This document shows, in pieces, positions 1-5,118 of a stretch of DNA of 5,118 nt (its first letter is position 1; each line of letters starts with the position of its first letter). The notes under the pieces were generated by a model. It saw only the letters and a program-made list of their open reading frames with translations. It made no database searches and was not told where the DNA came from. The stretch is from a virus. Lineage: Duplodnaviria > Heunggongvirae > Uroviricota > Caudoviricetes. The position numbers and the translations under genes were made by a program. Where the stretch lies: IMG/VR virus record IMGVR_UViG_3300029517_000155, positions 1 to 5,118 of that record. One strand, given 5' to 3'.

Positions 1-55
1 ACTTAAAGGTATTAAAAACAACTTTTTGTCTTTTTACCTTCCCGTTTCGCTCAAG
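1..55. other. host chromosomal flank, B' arm of an attB(lambda)-type site
   Basis: Reverse complement reads CTTGAGCGAAACGGGAAGG directly 3' of the lambda core, matching the B' arm of E. coli attB as I recall it (..CTGCTTTTTTATACTAACTTGAGCGAAACG..). Recalled, not searched. Confidence 0.6.
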
Positions 56-70
56 TTAGTATAAAAAAGC
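56..70 (-). other. lambda-type attachment site core (O) at an attR (P-O-B') junction
   Basis: Exact 15-mer TTAGTATAAAAAAGC on the + strand, the reverse complement of the lambda common core GCTTTTTTATACTAA. It has lambda P-arm-like sequence on one side and attB B'-like sequence on the other. Confidence 0.85.
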
Positions 71-212
71 TGAACGCGAAACATTAAAAACCATTAATAT
101 CAATGTGTTACAATATCTTTAGTCTAAAAAATAGACTACATAATGCTACAAAACACAACATATCCAGTCACTATGAATCAACTACTTAGATAGTATTAGT
201 GACCTGAGACAG
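71..212 (-). other. lambda attP P-arm-like region with Int arm-type binding sites
   Basis: Reverse complement closely resembles the lambda P arm (..caggtcactaatac.atctaagtagttgattcatagtgactggatatgttgtgtttt..cgtttc.cgttca-core). CAGTCACTAT at 165-174 is a perfect match to the arm-type consensus (P2-like), and the reverse complement of 195-206 is a P1-like site (caggtcactaat). Confidence 0.8.
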
Positions 213-257
213 AGCATTAGCGCAAGGTGATTTTTGTCTTCTTGCGCTACTTTTTTG
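213..257 (+). terminator. tI / sib-like intrinsic terminator hairpin downstream of att
   Basis: GCGCAAG (220-226) pairs with CTTGCGC (241-247) and the stem extends to about 10 bp via flanking TTA/TA(A/C); it is followed by TTTTTT (251-256). It lies about 160-190 bp from the att core on the P-arm side, where lambda tI/sib sits, and resembles the lambda tI sequence as I recall it. Confidence 0.6.
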
Positions 258-419
258 TTATCAAACATGTCGCACTCCAGAGAAGCACAAAGCCTTGCAA
301 TCCAGTGCAAAGATTTGTGTGCCTCAGTTTTGTCTAAGTGTTCTACTGAAAACATAGTAAAATCGGCAACAGCTGGAAATCATTCAATACTCGCACTATC
401 GAAAGTTCACCAGCCAACC

Positions 420-460
420 GCAGCACGTTCTTGCATACGACGTGCTGCGGTTTTCTTTAT
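420..460 (+). terminator. candidate rho-independent terminator
   Basis: Perfect 9-bp stem GCAGCACGT (420-428) / ACGTGCTGC (440-448) with an 11-nt loop, followed by GGTTTTCTTTAT. The T-tract is on the + strand only. Confidence 0.35.
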
Positions 461-609
461 GATTTATGCACAATGGACAATTTGAAATTATTGATGATTG
501 TATGGTGCATCGTTTTCTGAACCTACACTGATTTTTTGGTATAGCCTTGCCTAGCCAGTCTTACCGGATCAAACTCTTCGCTATTGCAATACTAACCAAA
601 ATCATCAAT

Positions 610-638
610 TTGACAGCGATTAACCAGAATAATAGTAT
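610..638 (+). promoter_or_regulatory. candidate sigma70 promoter for the diguanylate cyclase gene
   Basis: TTGACA (610-615), a 17-bp spacer, then TAGTAT (633-638). A (TA)n tract at 683-694 lies in the predicted leader, and the AGGTG Shine-Dalgarno at 701-705 is 5 nt before the ATG at 711. By eye only. Confidence 0.25.
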
Positions 639-710
639 ACTATCACCAGTAAGAAATTATCGTTATTTGTAGCGATACATATTATATATATATCATTCTC
701 AGGTGCGTAC

Positions 711-2042
711 ATGATTATCAACCAGGTACCTATAAAAATAAAAATCTTCATCTTTTTATTTTCATGCATCTCTATTATATTTTTGTTACTGCATGCAAAT
801 AATGGAATATACATAACACAAACAACACAAATAAGTTATAGTGTTTTCATTATTGGGCTTTTTTTCATAAACCTGATGATTTTTATTTTTCTATTGCTTT
901 ACTATGTTTCTAATCAGAGACAAAGTTATCTCTTAATTCTTTCATTCGCGTTTTTGAGCAACACGTATTATTTATTAGAAGTGGCTATTATTTCTTTATC
1001 TCCGTTAGGTAACGATTTATCTACAATCTATCAGAAATCAAATGATATCGCAATATATTATCTATTCCGTCAGTTCAGCTTTATATCTATAATCTTTCTG
1101 GCTGTTTATTCCACCAATGTTAAAAACAAAAGTGTTTTAGAAGATAAAAGAAACATAATAATTGTTGTTTTGTCAATATTAATTCTTTTTATTACTCCGT
1201 TTGTAGCAAAAAATCTAAGCAGTGACAATATAAAATATAGTCTTAATATTATACAATACTCGCTGAATCGTCATTTGCCGACGTGGAATATCGTGTACAC
1301 CAAAATAATATCAGTATTTTGGCTTGTATTACTTATCAGCTCATGCATCAGCATACGTAATTACTCAAAAATATGGTTGTGTATAATACTTATTAGTATA
1401 GTGTCAGTATGCAATAATCTAATTTTATTGTATTTTATTGATAAATCCCATCCTGCATGGTACATGACAAAATTTCTTGAATTGATATCAATGATTTATA
1501 TCATTTCAACACTCATGTATTATGTTTTCAGGAAATTAAATCATGCTAATCATATGGCAATTCATGATCCACTAACGAATACATACAATAGAAGATACTT
1601 TATTGACTCATTGAAGAATATATCAAAACACCATGATTTCTCAGTAATAATGTTAGATATTGACAATTTCAAAAGCATCAATGACAAATGGGGGCATCAT
1701 ATGGGTGATCAAGTCATAGTAATGGTTACCAGAATAATAAAAAAATCCATCAGGAAAGAGGATATATTAGGGCGCTTAGGCGGTGAGGAGTTCGGTATTA
1801 TCATTAAAGGTAATACTCAAAAGCTCTTGCTATCAATTGCAGAGCGAATCAGAAAAAACATTGAAGAGCAATGCTCGGAAAAATTATTATCGCATGGACC
1901 TGAGAAAATAACTGTCAGTATTGGTTGCTTTACTTCAAAAGAGAATAATCTCAGTCCATCTGAAATGTTAGTCAATGCCGATAAAGCGTTATATCAAGCC
2001 AAAAGAACCGGAAAAAACAAGGTGATAACTCACTCAAAATAA
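711..2042 (+). CDS. membrane-anchored diguanylate cyclase: about 8 predicted TM helices (MASE-like integral-membrane N-terminal domain) plus a C-terminal GGDEF domain; possibly DgcX-like
   Basis: 443-aa ORF with a good RBS. The first ~270 aa form about 8 hydrophobic stretches. The GGDEF domain starts at DPLTNTYNRRYF and carries an intact active-site GGEEF (nt 1779-1793) and an RxxD I-site (RKED, nt 1752-1763) five residues upstream. GC content is roughly 25-30 percent against about 50 percent in the flanking phage genes. Confidence 0.93.
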   Translation: MIINQVPIKIKIFIFLFSCISIIFLLLHANNGIYITQTTQISYSVFIIGLFFINLMIFIFLLLYYVSNQRQSYLLILSFAFLSNTYYLLEVAIISLSPLGNDLSTIYQKSNDIAIYYLFRQFSFISIIFLAVYSTNVKNKSVLEDKRNIIIVVLSILILFITPFVAKNLSSDNIKYSLNIIQYSLNRHLPTWNIVYTKIISVFWLVLLISSCISIRNYSKIWLCIILISIVSVCNNLILLYFIDKSHPAWYMTKFLELISMIYIISTLMYYVFRKLNHANHMAIHDPLTNTYNRRYFIDSLKNISKHHDFSVIMLDIDNFKSINDKWGHHMGDQVIVMVTRIIKKSIRKEDILGRLGGEEFGIIIKGNTQKLLLSIAERIRKNIEEQCSEKLLSHGPEKITVSIGCFTSKENNLSPSEMLVNADKALYQAKRTGKNKVITHSK

Positions 2043-2071
2043 ACACCTTTTTAAAATACAGCCCCAATAAA

Positions 2072-2104
2072 CTGCAGAATATTATCCCATATAATATCCT
2101 GCAG
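2072..2104. terminator. hairpin between convergent genes, possible bidirectional terminator
   Basis: CTGCAGAATATTAT (2072-2085) pairs with ATAATATCCTGCAG (2091-2104) at 13 of 14 positions around a 5-nt loop. It sits between the cyclase stop (2040-2042) and the minus-strand tfa remnant stop (2116-2118). The U-tract is weak on both strands. Confidence 0.35.
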
Positions 2105-2115
2105 TTCGTAATGCA

Positions 2116-2208
2116 CTATTCGATAATGGGTCCTGTTGGCCATTCAATATCCGGTGCAGTTGTTGTATTAACACGGTTCAGCAACACCCGATACTTCTTC
2201 CAGGCTTC
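2116..2208 (-). pseudogene. tail fibre assembly protein (lambda Tfa-like) C-terminal remnant
   Basis: Minus-strand translation [30 protein letters not shown]-stop is nearly identical to the lambda Tfa C-terminus as I recall it (..[32 protein letters not shown]). No N-terminal part is present, and it is in frame with the upstream pin remnant. Confidence 0.6.
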
Positions 2209-2442
2209 CACCACCAGCACGACAAGATGCCGCATACAGTGACCCAGTCAGTCCAGTTTCCAGACAACCAGTGCGTCACCTTTTTGAAGGCGCTTTAAAG
2301 CACGTTTTAATCCAGGTCGGCCTGTCCTTATTCCGCTTAATTTATCTTCAAATATTTGTTCACATCCTGCACAAACAAGAGCGTTTCGTTGCAGGTCTGT
2401 ATTCTGGTCATTTGTTGATACCCTTACATAGCCAATCAGCAC
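2209..2442 (-). pseudogene. serine DNA invertase (Pin/Gin/Cin/Hin family), N-terminal fragment with an in-frame stop
   Basis: From the GTG at 2442-2440 (GGGAG Shine-Dalgarno 7 nt upstream) it encodes (M)LIGYVRVSTNDQNTDLQRNALVCAGCEQIFEDKLSG.R..RPGLKRALKRLQKGD.LVVWKLD, matching the Pin N-terminus including the catalytic-serine motif YVRVSTNDQ. A TGA at 2248-2250 sits where Pin has Arg (KLD-R-LGRSM). Weak similarity continues ([12 protein letters not shown] vs LGRSMKHLISLV) and then switches to Tfa-like sequence, so the resolvase C-terminus and HTH are missing. Confidence 0.85.
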
Positions 2443-2496
2443 GCTGAATCTCCCGTCCAAAAGCACAAATCATGCCATGCAGGCCAGAAACCGCCA

Positions 2497-2522
2497 TTAT
2501 CTAAAACCTCGGTTTACAGGAA
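2497..2522. other. gix/pix-type 26-bp crossover site for a Gin/Pin invertase
   Basis: TTATCTAAAACCTCGGTTTACAGGAA has a reverse complement (TTCCTGTAAACC GA GGTTTTAGATAA) one mismatch from the Mu gix site as I recall it (TTCCTGTAAACCGAGGTTTTGGATAA). It is about 55 bp upstream of the pin start and exactly at the start of the tail-fibre variable-domain reading frame. Confidence 0.8.
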
Positions 2523-2723
2523 ACGGTAAATCAGGCTTCTGGCGCATTACAGAAAAACCAGAACGGCGCAGATATTCCGGGAAAAGATACCTTCACCAAA
2601 AACATTGGTGCCTGCCGCGCATATAGCGCATGGCTGAATATTGGTGGCGATAGTCAGGTCTGGACAACTGCGCAATTTATTTCGTGGCTGGAGAGTCAGG
2701 GGGCATTTAACCATCCTTACTGG

Positions 2724-3467
2724 ATGTGCAAAGGCTCATGGGCTTATGCAAATAATAAGGTTATTACAGATACAGGTTGCGGAAATATTTGTCTTGCAGG
2801 TGCTGTGGTGGAAGTTATTGGCACTCGCGGCGCAATGACCATACGCGTTACTACGCCGAGCACGTCCAGCGGTGGCGGAATTACTAACGCTCAATTCACT
2901 TATATTAATCATGGTGATGCTTACGCTCCTGGCTGGCGACGAGACTACAACACGAAAAACCAGCAGCCTGCATTTGCTTTAGGGCAAACAGGACGCAGGG
3001 TCACAAATGATAAAGCTGTTGGCTGGAACTGGAATAGCGGTGTTTATGATGCAGATATCAGTGGTGCATCGACATTAATCCTCCACTTCAATATGAATGC
3101 GGGGAGTTGCCCTGCTGTACAGTTCCGCGTGAATTACAGGAACGGCGGTATTTTTTATCGTTCAGCGCGTGATGGTTATGGCTTTGAAGCTAACTGGTCA
3201 GAGTTTTACACCACAACACGCAAACCCTCTGCGGGGGATGTTGGTGCATATACGCAGGCAGAATGTAACTCAAGGTTTATTACAGGTATTCGCCTTGGCG
3301 GTCTGTCATCTGTTCAGACATGGAAAGGCCCCGGCTGGTCTGACAGGTCAGGTTATGTCGTTACGGGTTCAGTTAACGGAAACCGTGATGAATTAATTGA
3401 TACAACTCAGGCAAGGCCAATTCAGTATTGCATTAATGGGACGTGGTATAACGCGGGGAGTATTTAA
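2724..3467 (+). CDS. phage side tail fibre protein, C-terminal variable (receptor-binding) segment; orphaned partial gene
   Basis: The open frame begins straight after the stop at 2502-2504, inside the pix site, and reads ..NQASGALQKNQNGADIPGKDTFTKNIGACRAYSAWLNIGGDSQVWTTAQF.. before the first ATG at 2724. This is typical of the variable C-terminal cassette of e14/Mu/P1-type invertible tail-fibre genes. There is no constant N-terminal part and no convincing RBS at 2724; the stop is directly followed by tfa. Confidence 0.75.
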   Translation: MCKGSWAYANNKVITDTGCGNICLAGAVVEVIGTRGAMTIRVTTPSTSSGGGITNAQFTYINHGDAYAPGWRRDYNTKNQQPAFALGQTGRRVTNDKAVGWNWNSGVYDADISGASTLILHFNMNAGSCPAVQFRVNYRNGGIFYRSARDGYGFEANWSEFYTTTRKPSAGDVGAYTQAECNSRFITGIRLGGLSSVQTWKGPGWSDRSGYVVTGSVNGNRDELIDTTQARPIQYCINGTWYNAGSI

Positions 3468-3469
3468 CG

Positions 3470-5118
<1,649 letters not shown>

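Noticed and set aside
234-485. 83-aa + strand ORF (TTG start) in the att-proximal region
   Set aside because: The start lies inside the tI/sib hairpin, there is no Shine-Dalgarno at it or at the internal ATG (267), the 3' end contains the 420-460 terminator hairpin, and the protein has no recognisable features. Most likely non-coding lambda b-region/P-arm DNA.
683-694. (TA)n tract as a phase-variable simple sequence repeat
   Set aside because: Only about 6 dinucleotide units in generally AT-rich leader DNA; too short to argue for slipped-strand phase variation without population data.
620-814. 64-aa minus-strand ORF overlapping the cyclase start
   Set aside because: It lies in extremely AT-rich sequence antisense to a well-supported gene start and promoter region; low-complexity translation.
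711-2042. Cyclase as part of a cyclic-nucleotide anti-phage defence system (CBASS-like)
   Set aside because: CBASS uses CD-NTase-fold cyclases, not GGDEF, and there is no adjacent effector, Cap or receptor gene; the neighbours are phage structural remnants.
2443-2466. Upstream extension of the pin ORF to the GTG at 2466 (MLLDGRFSV..)
   Set aside because: Pin/Gin/Hin proteins start at M-L-I-G-Y-V-R-V-S; the GTG at 2442-2440 with a GGGAG Shine-Dalgarno fits that, so the extra 8 codons are probably untranslated leader.
2641-2838. 65-aa + strand ORF overlapping the tail-fibre domain in another frame
   Set aside because: Fully nested in the tail-fibre reading frame, which has clear homology; alternative-frame artefact.
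3169-3396. 75-aa + strand ORF inside the tail-fibre gene
   Set aside because: Alternative frame of a homology-supported gene; no RBS.

Overview
This window is the att-proximal (attR, P-O-B') end of a heavily deleted lambda-like prophage sitting at an E. coli-type attB(lambda) site, with the prophage running right-to-left. Left to right on the + strand: about 55 bp of host B' flank; the 15-bp lambda core (56-70, minus-strand GCTTTTTTATACTAA); the lambda P arm with Int arm-type sites and the tI/sib hairpin; a very AT-rich cargo gene for a membrane-anchored GGDEF diguanylate cyclase (711-2042, +); the remains of a tail-fibre inversion module (a truncated pin invertase with an in-frame stop fused to a lambda-Tfa-like 3' end on the minus strand, one gix/pix crossover site, an orphaned tail-fibre C-terminal domain and an intact tfa on the + strand); and a chimeric minus-strand ORF where the N-terminal part of lambda terminase large subunit (gpA) is fused in frame to an internal piece of tail protein J. 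No rRNA, tRNA, CRISPR or IS element was seen. All homology calls come from my memory of reference sequences (lambda att, gpA, J, Tfa, Pin/Gin, gix), not from a search. The most interesting element is the diguanylate cyclase cargo gene, which may be the already-described DgcX rather than something new.
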